Positions 10,134-19,264 are shown, counted from the first letter of the stretch. The stretch: DNA of 42,123 nucleotides from an uncultured Flavobacteriales bacterium (GCA_964355035.1 CAYHCU010000003.1:1-42123); one strand, 5' to 3'. Program-made: numbers and translations. The notes: a model not told the origin generated them from the letters alone.

Positions 10134-11642
10134 TTATTGTTTGTTGAGTTTTATTCGTTCCTCGCGATTAATCAACTCCCATGCTGTCAGAAAAACCAAT
10201 TGGGCTCTTTTTCTGATCAATGAAGCGTCAATCTTGTCGGGTGTGTCGGTTGGACGATGATAGTCTTCGTGTGTACCATTAAAGTAAAAAATCACCGGTA
10301 TGTTGTTCTTTGCAAAATTGAAGTGGTCGCTTCTCTGATAATACCTGTTGGGGTCCGTATCGTTGTCGTATGTCAAGTCTAATTCAAGCTTTGTGTTTTC
10401 TGTATTTATCTTTGTATTGATTTCCGCTAATTCTTTGCTTAATCTATCGGCCCCAATCAAATAAATATAGTCTCGAATTTTCAGGCTGTCGTGCTTTTCG
10501 TCTACGCGTCCAATCATATCGATATTTAGGTCTGCCACTGTGTTTTCTAACGGAACAAGTGGATGTTTCACGTAATACAAAGAACCCAACAAACCTTTTT
10601 CCTCTCCACTCATATTTATGAAAAGCACACTTCGCTCCGGACCATTTCCTTCTTCCTTTGCTTTTTGAAAAACCCGGGCCATTTCCAAAAGCGCGGATGT
10701 GCCACTTGCATTGTCGTCGGCACCATAATATATGAGAGAGTCTTTTATTCCAAGATGATCATAGTGACCTGAAACAATCAAACACTCATCCTTTTTTGAT
10801 TTCCCTTCGATGTAGGCTAATACATTTTCTCCAACCATTTCGTCTGTATTGGCCACAACTTTTAAATAAATTTCGTTGGGTTTTGAGAGTGGCTTTGGTT
10901 TTCTTTTCGTCTCTATTTGTGTTAAATAGTCTTTGTATAAATTTTTATTGTCGTCTGAAAAGAATTTTTCTGCAGTGTTTAAATTGATAAAAATTACCGG
11001 CGTTTTTGATTGTTCCAGCTGCTTATATAAATCGCGATTCGCTTCAACTTCCAAAATGAGTTGAGGTAGACTATCAACCGCAATAAAAATCGTTGTTGGG
11101 TTTAAGGCCAATAAATTAGTAACATACCTTGATAAAGAATTTGCTTGTGTTGGTGGAGCGGCTTTCGATTTATTTTTTCGATTAGGTTGCGCCCAACGAA
11201 CAAGAATTGTTTTTTCCGAAACCTCAACTCTTTTAAAATCGTCATACTTCTTATCTTTAATTCCAAACCCTGCCACAAGAATTTTATCATCTTGAAACAG
11301 AGAATCGTGCTTTTGAGAAACATAAAAAAAACTCTGGTAATAGACAAAATATTGGTCGTTTATGACAAGATTTTTGCCTGAATTTGCCCGGACATTTAAA
11401 GGGTGTTTTTGAAGTCGGATAGGAATTCTCCAGCTTAAATATTTACTCAAAAGGAAATTCGCCGCTATTTTTTGACCTGTTTGACCTGTTTCTCTTCCGG
11501 CCATTGAGTCTGCTGTTAATACTGATACATATATATGTATAGAATCCTGTGAAAGAGAGTTTGAATAATTAACGCTCACATTCTGAGAAAATATAAAAAG
11601 AGGTGCAAAAAAGAAGATAAAGAATAGACGAACAACTAGCAT
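10134..11642 (-). CDS. M28 family aminopeptidase with PA-like insert
   Basis: SGHYDHLG, GADDNASG, GEEKGLLGS, LNIDMIGR, RSDH and DYHRPTD zinc-binding motifs; signal peptide. Confidence 0.93.
   Translation of the reverse strand: MLVVRLFFIFFFAPLFIFSQNVSVNYSNSLSQDSIHIYVSVLTADSMAGRETGQTGQKIAANFLLSKYLSWRIPIRLQKHPLNVRANSGKNLVINDQYFVYYQSFFYVSQKHDSLFQDDKILVAGFGIKDKKYDDFKRVEVSEKTILVRWAQPNRKNKSKAAPPTQANSLSRYVTNLLALNPTTIFIAVDSLPQLILEVEANRDLYKQLEQSKTPVIFINLNTAEKFFSDDNKNLYKDYLTQIETKRKPKPLSKPNEIYLKVVANTDEMVGENVLAYIEGKSKKDECLIVSGHYDHLGIKDSLIYYGADDNASGTSALLEMARVFQKAKEEGNGPERSVLFINMSGEEKGLLGSLYYVKHPLVPLENTVADLNIDMIGRVDEKHDSLKIRDYIYLIGADRLSKELAEINTKINTENTKLELDLTYDNDTDPNRYYQRSDHFNFAKNNIPVIFYFNGTHEDYHRPTDTPDKIDASLIRKRAQLVFLTAWELINREERIKLNKQ
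10564..10579. other. parS-like site (inside the M28 gene)
   Basis: TGTTTCACGTAATACA, 14/16 match to the parS consensus. Confidence 0.5.
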
Positions 11643-12076
11643 ACTGCTATTTTATTCACCCTGTTTTGGTGTCGCCCACCTTCAAATTGAGTTGAAATAA
11701 AGGTTTTTACAAATATTTTAGCCTCCTCCAAAGATATAAACCTTGCGGGAAGACAAAGAACATTGGCATTGTTGTGCAGTCTGGCCAAAGAGGCTATTTC
11801 GTTTGTCCAAGCAATTGCAGCCCTAACTTGTTGGTGCTTATTTGCGGTAATTGCAACGCCATTAGCGCTACCACAAATTAGAATACCAAAATCACTCTCG
11901 CTTTTTTCAATACTATCGGCTACCGGATGAACGAAATCGGGATAATCAACCGACTGCTCAGAATCGGTTCCAAAATCTTTTACTTCAAATCCTTCTGTTT
12001 TAAGAAACTCTTTTACTGCCTCTTTATATTGAAAACCGGCATGATCACAACCGATCGCTATTTTGTAATTTTTCAT
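11636..12076 (-). CDS. rpiB: Ribose-5-phosphate isomerase B
   Basis: IGCDHAG, VDYPD, GILICGSANG, ARLHNNANVL and FEGGRHQNRV motifs. Confidence 0.96.
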   Translation of the reverse strand: MKNYKIAIGCDHAGFQYKEAVKEFLKTEGFEVKDFGTDSEQSVDYPDFVHPVADSIEKSESDFGILICGSANGVAITANKHQQVRAAIAWTNEIASLARLHNNANVLCLPARFISLEEAKIFVKTFISTQFEGGRHQNRVNKIAVC

Positions 12077-12103
12077 CGCTCTTAGATTTCAAGTACTTGC
12101 AAA

Positions 12104-12111
12104 CAAAAGTA
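12104..12111 (-). promoter_or_regulatory. -7 promoter element for the rpiB operon
   Basis: TACTTTTG on the minus strand, 27 nt upstream of the rpiB ATG. Confidence 0.55.
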
Positions 12112-12119
12112 CTTAATTT

Positions 12120-12572
12120 GTTTTCAACATCATGAAATAAGCAATAATTATAAAGCTGAAAATAAAGCATGTGCAAAACAATTTATTAACACTAATTTTG
12201 TTTATTCCGTGTGAAATCGGTTATGAAAAAAGGAGAAGATTCTCTTGCATTGTTCATAAGGTTGCTGTCATATTAAAAATACAATAACAGTCAAGAAAAA
12301 GATCTAAGAATAAATCAACTTGTTACACACAAATTAAGGGTGGTTTATGAACCGAAGAGATTAATAAAATTATAAACCACTAATTAATACACCACCTGTT
12401 AATATCGTAGGATTATAATATCATTCAAATGATTACGAAACATTGTATTGTTCATTACTTGTGTTCTTAATTATATAACTCAAAAGTCAAGTCTTTTAAT
12501 CGCTATTTACAAACAGTATTAACAGGCTAATAATAGTAGTAGATTTAATAGAAATTTAAAATATATAATATT
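12120..12572. other. Putative chromosomal replication origin (oriC)
   Basis: About 10 DnaA-box-like 9-mers, including TGTGCAAAA 12170, TTATTAACA 12183, TGTTCATAA 12251 and TTACACACA 12323. IHF consensus AATCAACTTGTTA at 12313-12325. Tandem boxes 12507-12524 followed by GGC, TAA TAA TAG TAG TAG and an AT-rich tract. Gene strand switch here and flanking parS-like sites. Confidence 0.75.
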
Positions 12573-13577
12573 ATGATTAGTGTTGAAGAAAAGTTGGAAC
12601 GGGTAAGCCGACTGGGTTGGTTGGATGTGAAAGTTGACCCGACAATCGATATCTTTGCAGAGATCGCTAGACTGAAAAAAGAAAAAAATGCAATTATCCT
12701 CGCCCATTATTACCAAGATGCAGACATTCAAGATGTTGCTGATTTTATTGGAGACAGTCTCGGTTTATCACAGGAAGCAGAGCGAACAAAAGCATCGATT
12801 ATCGTTTTTGCCGGTGTGCATTTCATGGCAGAAACAGCAAAGATTCTTAACCCGGATAAAAAGGTAGTACTTCCGGATTTAAGAGCAGGCTGTTCACTTG
12901 CAGATGCTTGTCATCCCAATGACTTTGCCGCTTTCAAAGAAAAAAATCCGGATCACATTGTAATTTCGTATATCAATTGTTCGGCTGAGATAAAAGCAAT
13001 GAGTGATATCATTTGCACGTCTTCAAATGCAATAGGGATCGTTAACAGCTTACCAAAAGATCAGAAAATAATATTTGCTCCGGACAGAAATTTAGGACGT
13101 TACGTAGCAGAAAAAACAGGTAGAGAGATGTTGTTGTGGGACGGAGCATGTATGGTGCATGAAATATTTTCACTTGAAAAAATTACACGGTTAAAAGCGA
13201 TGCATCCGAATGCAAAATTAATATCTCATCCGGAATGTGAAGCACCAATATTAGCGGTTTCAGATTTTATTGGTTCAACAACGGCATTGTTAAATTACAC
13301 AAAGAAAAGTTCGGATAGTGAATTTATAGTAGCAACGGAAACAGGAATTCTTCATCAGATGATAAAAAACTCACCTGATAAAACATTTATTCCGGCCCCA
13401 CCGAATAATGCTTGTGCCTGTAACGACTGTCCACATATGAAATTAAACACATTAGAAAAATTATATCTTTGTTTGAATTATGAACTTCCTGAATTATTAA
13501 TGGACGAGGATGTGAGAGTGAAAGCCTTAAAACCAATCAAACGGATGTTACAAATTTCAAAGGATCTTGGTTTGTAA
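12573..13577 (+). CDS. nadA: Quinolinate synthase
   Basis: [48 protein letters not shown] and CPHMK motifs (Fe-S cysteines). Confidence 0.97.
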   Translation: MISVEEKLERVSRLGWLDVKVDPTIDIFAEIARLKKEKNAIILAHYYQDADIQDVADFIGDSLGLSQEAERTKASIIVFAGVHFMAETAKILNPDKKVVLPDLRAGCSLADACHPNDFAAFKEKNPDHIVISYINCSAEIKAMSDIICTSSNAIGIVNSLPKDQKIIFAPDRNLGRYVAEKTGREMLLWDGACMVHEIFSLEKITRLKAMHPNAKLISHPECEAPILAVSDFIGSTTALLNYTKKSSDSEFIVATETGILHQMIKNSPDKTFIPAPPNNACACNDCPHMKLNTLEKLYLCLNYELPELLMDEDVRVKALKPIKRMLQISKDLGL

Positions 13578-13599
13578 AACAGACGATAAACAAAAAAAA

Positions 13600-15111
13600 A
13601 TGAAATTCCAGGTATTTTTTACTGCGCTTTTTTTCTCTGTTGTAAATCTGTTTGCACAAGGTACAGACTCAGCGGGTATAAGCAGATTTTATTATCCAAA
13701 CGGAAAAATTTCAAGCGAAGGAAAATTAATGAACGGAAAACCTGACGGTTACTGGATAAGTTATTTCGAAAGCGGAAGAATAAAGTCAGAAGGAAATAGA
13801 TTGAATTTTCGGTTAGATAGTTTATGGAAATTTTACAATGACAGCGGATTCGTTACTGCTGAGTATAATTACAAAGAAGGATTAAAACACGGCTTACAAA
13901 AATCATATTATGACAACGGTATTTTACAATCAGAAGAAAAAGACTCCTTAAGTGTAAAGAATGGATTATTTAAATTATACACTTCCGAAGGAAAAATTTT
14001 CAAATCAATTCCATATTCTAATGGAGTTGAAAATGGTTTGGCAAAAGAATTCAGAAAGGATGGAATAATAATAACAGTTACAAATTTCAAGAATGGTTAT
14101 TTTCAAAAAGAAGATAAAATAAATCGTGTTGACAAGAATGGATTGCGACAAGGTTTGTACCGCGATTATTTTGCAAATGATAAAGTACAATTCGAGGGAA
14201 ATTACAAGGACGATAAGAAGGATGGTTTTTTCAAAGAATATAACTCAGAAGGCAGGGTAGTTAAAAAGGAAGAGTATAGAATGGGTGTTTTAATTCCCTC
14301 TATTGTTGAAGACAAAGAAAAATTCGAAATCAAAAGAAGATATTATCCGACTGGCGCTACTAAAATTGTGGGTACCTATAAAAAAGGTGTTCCCGAAGGT
14401 GTTTTTAGAATGTATGATGAAAAGGGAAACATTGACAGTGCAAAAGTATTTGCTCAAGGAAAACTGTTACGTATCGGGCGAATGGACAATCTTGGTTTAG
14501 AACAAGGAGAGTGGAAGGAATATTATGAAAGCGGACAATTGCGCGCAATTGGAAATTATGTTGACGGAAAAAGAGATGGTCTGTGGAAGTTCTCCTATGA
14601 AAACGATTCGTTGGAACAGATGGGCGCCTACTTAAAAGGTAAACCGGTTGGTGCATGGAAGTGGTTTTATCCGGACGGCTCTACAAGAAGAGAAGAGTCT
14701 TATAAAAACGGCTTAGAAGATGGATTGATGAAAGAATATTCTGACAACGGTAAAGTGATGGCAGAAGGAAACTACGTAGATGGAAAGCAAGATGGTGATT
14801 GGAAATATTCGATTGGCGAATATGTTGCTGAAGGAAAATTTATTGAAGGAAAAGAAGATGGTGTATGGAAACAATTTTTTGATGATGGAAAACTTGCATT
14901 TGAAGGAGAGTTTATAGAAGGACAAGAAACCGGGGTTCATAAATTCTATTGGCCTAATAGTAGATTGAGAGAAATCCGTTCGTATCGATTAGGTTTGCCT
15001 GATGGCGAGTGGATTGTTTATGATGAAAATGGCGCAGAGGTATTGAAAGAAACTTATTCGAGTGGGAATTCGAGGAAGATAGAAACGGTGGCGACGCCGG
15101 AAGGAGAATAA
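13600..15111 (+). CDS. Exported MORN-variant repeat protein (YwqK-like repeat family; start reassigned to MKFQVFF)
   Basis: Signal peptide followed by many repeats of the form YYxNGxLxxEGxYxxGKxxGxWK. Confidence 0.85.
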   Translation: MKFQVFFTALFFSVVNLFAQGTDSAGISRFYYPNGKISSEGKLMNGKPDGYWISYFESGRIKSEGNRLNFRLDSLWKFYNDSGFVTAEYNYKEGLKHGLQKSYYDNGILQSEEKDSLSVKNGLFKLYTSEGKIFKSIPYSNGVENGLAKEFRKDGIIITVTNFKNGYFQKEDKINRVDKNGLRQGLYRDYFANDKVQFEGNYKDDKKDGFFKEYNSEGRVVKKEEYRMGVLIPSIVEDKEKFEIKRRYYPTGATKIVGTYKKGVPEGVFRMYDEKGNIDSAKVFAQGKLLRIGRMDNLGLEQGEWKEYYESGQLRAIGNYVDGKRDGLWKFSYENDSLEQMGAYLKGKPVGAWKWFYPDGSTRREESYKNGLEDGLMKEYSDNGKVMAEGNYVDGKQDGDWKYSIGEYVAEGKFIEGKEDGVWKQFFDDGKLAFEGEFIEGQETGVHKFYWPNSRLREIRSYRLGLPDGEWIVYDENGAEVLKETYSSGNSRKIETVATPEGE

Positions 15112-15128
15112 AATTAGGGTAAGGGTAG

Positions 15129-15188
15129 GTGTAAGTAGTGTAAGTGTAAGTAGTGTAAGTGTAGGTAGCGTAAGTGTAAGTAGTGTAA
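15129..15188. repeat. Tandem repeat, 4 x 15 bp (GTGTAAGTAGTGTAA)
   Basis: Units at 15129, 15144, 15159 (2 substitutions) and 15174, immediately after the MORN gene stop codon. Confidence 0.9.
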
Positions 15189-15275
15189 GAGAGGCGATAT
15201 TTAACACGGGGAAGGGAGAAATAAAGCAAAGCTTATTTTTTACAAAGGATCACACTTCTATCTCGAATTTTATGA

Positions 15276-15291
15276 TGTTTCACGGGCAACA
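15276..15291. other. parS-like site (intergenic)
   Basis: TGTTTCACGGGCAACA, 14/16 match to the parS consensus. Confidence 0.55.
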
Positions 15292-15368
15292 ATCCCTTTT
15301 TTAAAATATAATTTAATAAAAAATTATCGCACTGTTTATTTATAAATATCATAAAAATGGGTTTGACA

Positions 15369-15643
15369 ATGAAAATAAAATACACGCTTTTACTATTCCC
15401 TTTTATTTTTCCTTTTATTAGCAAATCACAAATGACGTAACACGGGACAGATTCAATTCCAAATGTTCGTAATTCTGTCTGTTATTCCTCTGAAATGTAT
15501 TTGGATTCGAAGTGATCGGCAAAACGAATGGAAGAGGATCAATTCAAATCGATGTAAAAAATCAACTGCCGGGAACATATATATTGAAACTTCTGAAAGG
15601 TGATATGATTACATTTAAGAATGTTGTTGTGGTTAGAAACTAA
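15369..15643 (+). pseudogene. Collapsed T9SS cargo pseudogene (signal peptide + type A CTD remnant)
   Basis: 15369-15440 encodes MKIKYTLLLFPFIFPFISKSQMT* (a signal peptide). 15494-15643, in another frame, encodes NVFGFEVIGKTNGRGSIQIDVKNQLPGTYILKLLKGDMITFKNVVVVRN* (CTD-like). Confidence 0.65.
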
Positions 15644-15645
15644 GA

Positions 15646-15661
15646 TGTTTCACGTAACACA
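15646..15661. other. parS-like site (intergenic, next to the rnr stop)
   Basis: TGTTTCACGTAACACA, 14/16 match to the parS consensus. Confidence 0.55.
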
Positions 15662-15671
15662 ATCCGTGATC

Positions 15672-18005
15672 TCATTTCTTTTTCTTATACTTGCGGTGGT
15701 AACTATCGCCTCCACGCAAAACCTTCTGTGCTTTTTTGATCATTGTCACATCACCTTGTTCGGAAATGCGTGAAATCATTTTGAAGTCGATCTGTTTACG
15801 GAGCAAATCACAACGCATTACTTTGATGCGAACCACATCGCCCATTGTGTATTTGTGTTTGGTGCGCGAACCGATGACGCAATAATTTGTCTCATCGAAT
15901 TCATAGAAATCGTCGTCGAGGTCGCGGAGGCGAATCATGCCCTCGCATTTATTTTCAATGATCTCTACATACAATCCCCACTCAGTAACACCACTAATTA
16001 CACCATCAAACTCTTCGCCGACTTTGTCTTGCAAGAATTCAACTTGTTTGTATTTGGTTGATGCGCGTTCAGCTTCAGATGCTTTGATCTCCATTTGTGT
16101 GCTGTGTTTGCATTGTTCTTCCAGCAAAGATTTGTCGGCGCCTTTTCCGCCTTCTAAATAATGCTCAAGTAGACGATGTACAAGGACATCCGGATAACGG
16201 CGAATAGGAGAGGTGAAGTGTGTGTAATAGTCAAAAGCTAAGCCATAGTGACCAATGTTTTCTGTCGTGTAAATTGCTTTGGACATGGTTCGAATCGCCA
16301 AGGACTCTAAAACATTTTGTTCTTTTTTACCATGAACATCTTTCATTAATCCGTTTAGCGAACTTGCAATTTCGCGATCGTTTCCGGTTTTAACGGTGTA
16401 ACCAAATTTCTTTGCGAAACCAACAAAATTTTCCAGACGATCGCTTACAGGGGCATCATGAACACGGTAAACAAATGGTTTTTTCTCAACACGAATTGTT
16501 TCATCCTGGTTGCCGGACCTTTTTTTTCCTTCTGAAACGATGTCGTGTTTTTTTCCGACAAATTCAGCGACTGAACGATTTGCCAATAACATAAACTCTT
16601 CTATGAGTTTATTCGCATCTTTGCTTTCTTTCAGGTAAATGCCCAATGGTTTTCCATTGTCATCCAAACGAAAACGAACCTCGACTTTTTCAAAAGCTAT
16701 GGCTCCGTCTTTAAATCGTTCCTTGCGTAGTACTTTTGCAAGACGATCCATTAGCAAGATTTCTTCTTTCAGCGGACCCTCTTGTGTTTCTATTACATCT
16801 TGCGCCTCTTCATAAGAGAATCGTTGATTACTATAAATAATTGTTTTGCCAAACCATTTTTTAACGACTTCTGCATTTTCTGTCATTTCGAAAACAGCAG
16901 AGAAGCAAAGCTTTTCTTCGTGAGGCCGTAGAGAACAAACCCCGTTTGATAATTTTTCGGGAAGCATTGGAATAACGCGATCTACTAAATACACAGACGT
17001 TGCACGATAGTAGGCTTCTTTGTCGAGCTGTGTTGTCGGACGTACATAATGAGAAACATCGGCAATGTGTACGCCGATTTCATAATTACCATTACTTAAT
17101 TTCTGTATTGAAAGGGCGTCGTCAAAATCTTTTGCATCTGCAGGGTCAATCGTAAAGGTTGTGATCTTTCTAAAATCGCGGCGTTTTTTAATTTCTTCTT
17201 CGGAAATAGTCAAGGGAATTTTCTCTGCTTCATCTTCTACACGCTTTGGAAATTCAAGAGGGAAACCATACTCCGCAAGAATGGAATTCATTTCGACATC
17301 GTTTTCTCCCGGCCATCCCAGCAGCTTGGTGATTTTTCCGATAGGATTCTTCGTTCCTTTTGGCCATTCAACAATTTCCGCAATCACTTTTTGTCCGTGC
17401 TGGGCATTGTTTATCATGTTTTGAGGAATGAAAATATCGACCAACATTTTTGGGCTGTCGGGTACGACGAAGGCATATTTTCCTGAAAGCTGAACCATAC
17501 CGGCAAAATCTGTTTTTGCCCGTTCTATAATATCTAAAACCTCGCCTTCTATCCGTTGGTTTTTATGGCGGGCATAGAGGTATATTTTTACTTTATCGCC
17601 ATGAAGCGCATTTTTAACATTCCTTGGTGCGATATAAACGTCTTCTTCGTTGCTTTCGCTGAGAATATAGGCAGCACCACTTGAAGTTATGTCAATTATT
17701 CCCTCTAAATATGCATGTTTAGGTTTGAGTTGAAATTTGCCATGATCGGTTTCAATGACGTCACCCTTGTCTTGTAACTCGGCTAGAATGAATAGAATCT
17801 CCTTCTTTAAGTCGCCGTTTAAGTCTTCAATATGAACATCAGGATTACCACTTTGCCGCAGAAATTCTATATATGGCGGCTTGATGAGGCGCGCAAGCTG
17901 CTTATAGTTATAGGCGGTATTTGGATGACGGTTGAAATTTTTAAATAGCTCCGACAGTAAAAAACTTCGGGAGGGATCTTCTCCCTTTTTCTTTTGAGGA
18001 CTCAT
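15672..18005 (-). CDS. rnr: Ribonuclease R
   Basis: Cold-shock domains, RNB motifs TIDPADAKDFDDA, VHIADVS and YTHFTSPIRRYPD, a C-terminal S1 domain and a basic tail. Confidence 0.96.
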   Translation of the reverse strand: MSPQKKKGEDPSRSFLLSELFKNFNRHPNTAYNYKQLARLIKPPYIEFLRQSGNPDVHIEDLNGDLKKEILFILAELQDKGDVIETDHGKFQLKPKHAYLEGIIDITSSGAAYILSESNEEDVYIAPRNVKNALHGDKVKIYLYARHKNQRIEGEVLDIIERAKTDFAGMVQLSGKYAFVVPDSPKMLVDIFIPQNMINNAQHGQKVIAEIVEWPKGTKNPIGKITKLLGWPGENDVEMNSILAEYGFPLEFPKRVEDEAEKIPLTISEEEIKKRRDFRKITTFTIDPADAKDFDDALSIQKLSNGNYEIGVHIADVSHYVRPTTQLDKEAYYRATSVYLVDRVIPMLPEKLSNGVCSLRPHEEKLCFSAVFEMTENAEVVKKWFGKTIIYSNQRFSYEEAQDVIETQEGPLKEEILLMDRLAKVLRKERFKDGAIAFEKVEVRFRLDDNGKPLGIYLKESKDANKLIEEFMLLANRSVAEFVGKKHDIVSEGKKRSGNQDETIRVEKKPFVYRVHDAPVSDRLENFVGFAKKFGYTVKTGNDREIASSLNGLMKDVHGKKEQNVLESLAIRTMSKAIYTTENIGHYGLAFDYYTHFTSPIRRYPDVLVHRLLEHYLEGGKGADKSLLEEQCKHSTQMEIKASEAERASTKYKQVEFLQDKVGEEFDGVISGVTEWGLYVEIIENKCEGMIRLRDLDDDFYEFDETNYCVIGSRTKHKYTMGDVVRIKVMRCDLLRKQIDFKMISRISEQGDVTMIKKAQKVLRGGDSYHRKYKKKK

Positions 18006-18062
18006 TTGTTATTTTATCATTGTTAATTGTCGCTTTTGAAACGAGGAATATTTTTTTGCCGG

Positions 18063-18078
18063 TGTTTCACGTGACCCC
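18063..18078. other. parS-like site (upstream of rnr)
   Basis: TGTTTCACGTGACCCC, 13/16 match, with a perfect TCACGTGA core. Confidence 0.45.
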
Positions 18079-18284
18079 ATAAAGTTACCGCTTCAAAGCA
18101 ATCGAGACAGATAGCGGATAAATAATTATAACCCGTGCCCGTTAATAACCTCTAAAAAAATCTTGCCAATAATGCAACGAATGTGTGAAAAAAACGTTTC
18201 ATAACTTTTAAAATTAGATTATCTCTTTCGTCTCGTTAATCTTATTTTTACAAACACTACTTACACCAATAAAAACCAAATAAA

Positions 18285-19184
18285 ATGGCAAACCCAAATG
18301 AAGAACAAGGCAAGAACAAAAGCACGATATGGATCGTTTTGTTGATCTTGTCTGCGGTTCTTAACATTTACCAGTGGAGAAACCACACCACAACAGTGAG
18401 CAATTTCGAATCGAAAGTGGACACACTTGTTGTTGAGAAGGTAAACGTAGAGCAGGAGTTAATGGAAACAAAAACGGAATTAGAAAAATACCGCGGCATT
18501 TCTGCTAATCTGGATAGCTTACTTAACGAGGCTCAGGCTAAAATTGATGAGCAGGCTAAAAAAATCAAAACGATTGGATCCAGCGCGAAAAATCAGAAAG
18601 AGCTGAACGAAAAATTGAAACTTCAGTTGGCTGATCTTCAAATGTTGCGTGATGAGTACCTGACCAGAATAGATTCGTTGTTAATGGCCAATAAACAGTT
18701 GGTTACAGAGAAAGAACAATTGACAAGCACAAATCAGAATCTTTCCAAAAATCTGGAAACAACCGTTGCTACGGCATCTGTTTTAAAATCAGAGTATATT
18801 AAAGTACAATCTTTCAAGAGAAAAGGAAACGGAAAATATAGCGAAACGGCACTTGCAAAACGTACACACAAGCTATCCATTTGCTTTGATGTATTAGACA
18901 ATAAAATTGCTAAAGCAGGAGACAAAACAGTGTATTTGAAAATCACAGAACCGGGAGGAAAAGCAATTGGCAATAAGAGCACAGGATCATCATCGTTTAA
19001 AACCGCTTCCGGTGAGGAGGTTATGTATGCAGCATCTTCTACACTTACCTATACCGGCGTGAAACAAAATGTTTGTATGAACTACGAAGAGCAGGCTGAC
19101 AAAATGTTTCCTGCGGGAACTTATATGATTGAAGTTTACATTGACGGTAACCTAAGTGGTGCTGGTACGTGTGTGCTTCGTTAA
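18285..19184 (+). CDS. Membrane-anchored coiled-coil protein with C-terminal beta-sandwich (hypothetical)
   Basis: Single N-terminal TM (IWIVLLILSAVLNIY), a heptad coiled coil of about 130 aa and a C-terminal GTYMIEVYIDG Ig-like strand. Confidence 0.8.
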   Translation: MANPNEEQGKNKSTIWIVLLILSAVLNIYQWRNHTTTVSNFESKVDTLVVEKVNVEQELMETKTELEKYRGISANLDSLLNEAQAKIDEQAKKIKTIGSSAKNQKELNEKLKLQLADLQMLRDEYLTRIDSLLMANKQLVTEKEQLTSTNQNLSKNLETTVATASVLKSEYIKVQSFKRKGNGKYSETALAKRTHKLSICFDVLDNKIAKAGDKTVYLKITEPGGKAIGNKSTGSSSFKTASGEEVMYAASSTLTYTGVKQNVCMNYEEQADKMFPAGTYMIEVYIDGNLSGAGTCVLR

Positions 19185-19193
19185 ATTATAAAT

Positions 19194-19264
19194 ATTTCGG
19201 ATTTCGGATTTGTGATTTCGGATTGGGTTGCTCAATCCGAAATCACAAATCCGAATTCCGAAAT
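19194..19264. repeat. Heptamer-built inverted repeat (34-bp stem), probable bidirectional terminator
   Basis: ATTTCGG ATTTCGG ATTTGTG ATTTCGG ATTGGG - TTG - CTCAAT CCGAAAT CACAAAT CCGAATT CCGAAAT, with 2 mismatches, between convergent genes. Confidence 0.85.

Noticed and set aside
12519-12731. Short antisense and alternative-frame ORFs (this one and most track entries under 140 aa that overlap long genes)
   Set aside because: They are shadow ORFs of well-supported genes and have no motifs.
13600-15111. YwqK-type antitoxin of a toxin-antitoxin system
   Set aside because: There is no toxin neighbour. It is a long exported MORN-variant repeat protein, and the label would reflect repeat similarity only.
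14954-15229. Minus-strand ORFs with YTTYT / TLTLL repeats
   Set aside because: They are translations of the 15-bp minisatellite and overlap the MORN gene antisense.
15436-15451. Additional parS-like sequences (CGTAACACGGGACAGA; also near 15199 and 27634)
   Set aside because: Each has five or more mismatches to the consensus and cannot be distinguished from chance.
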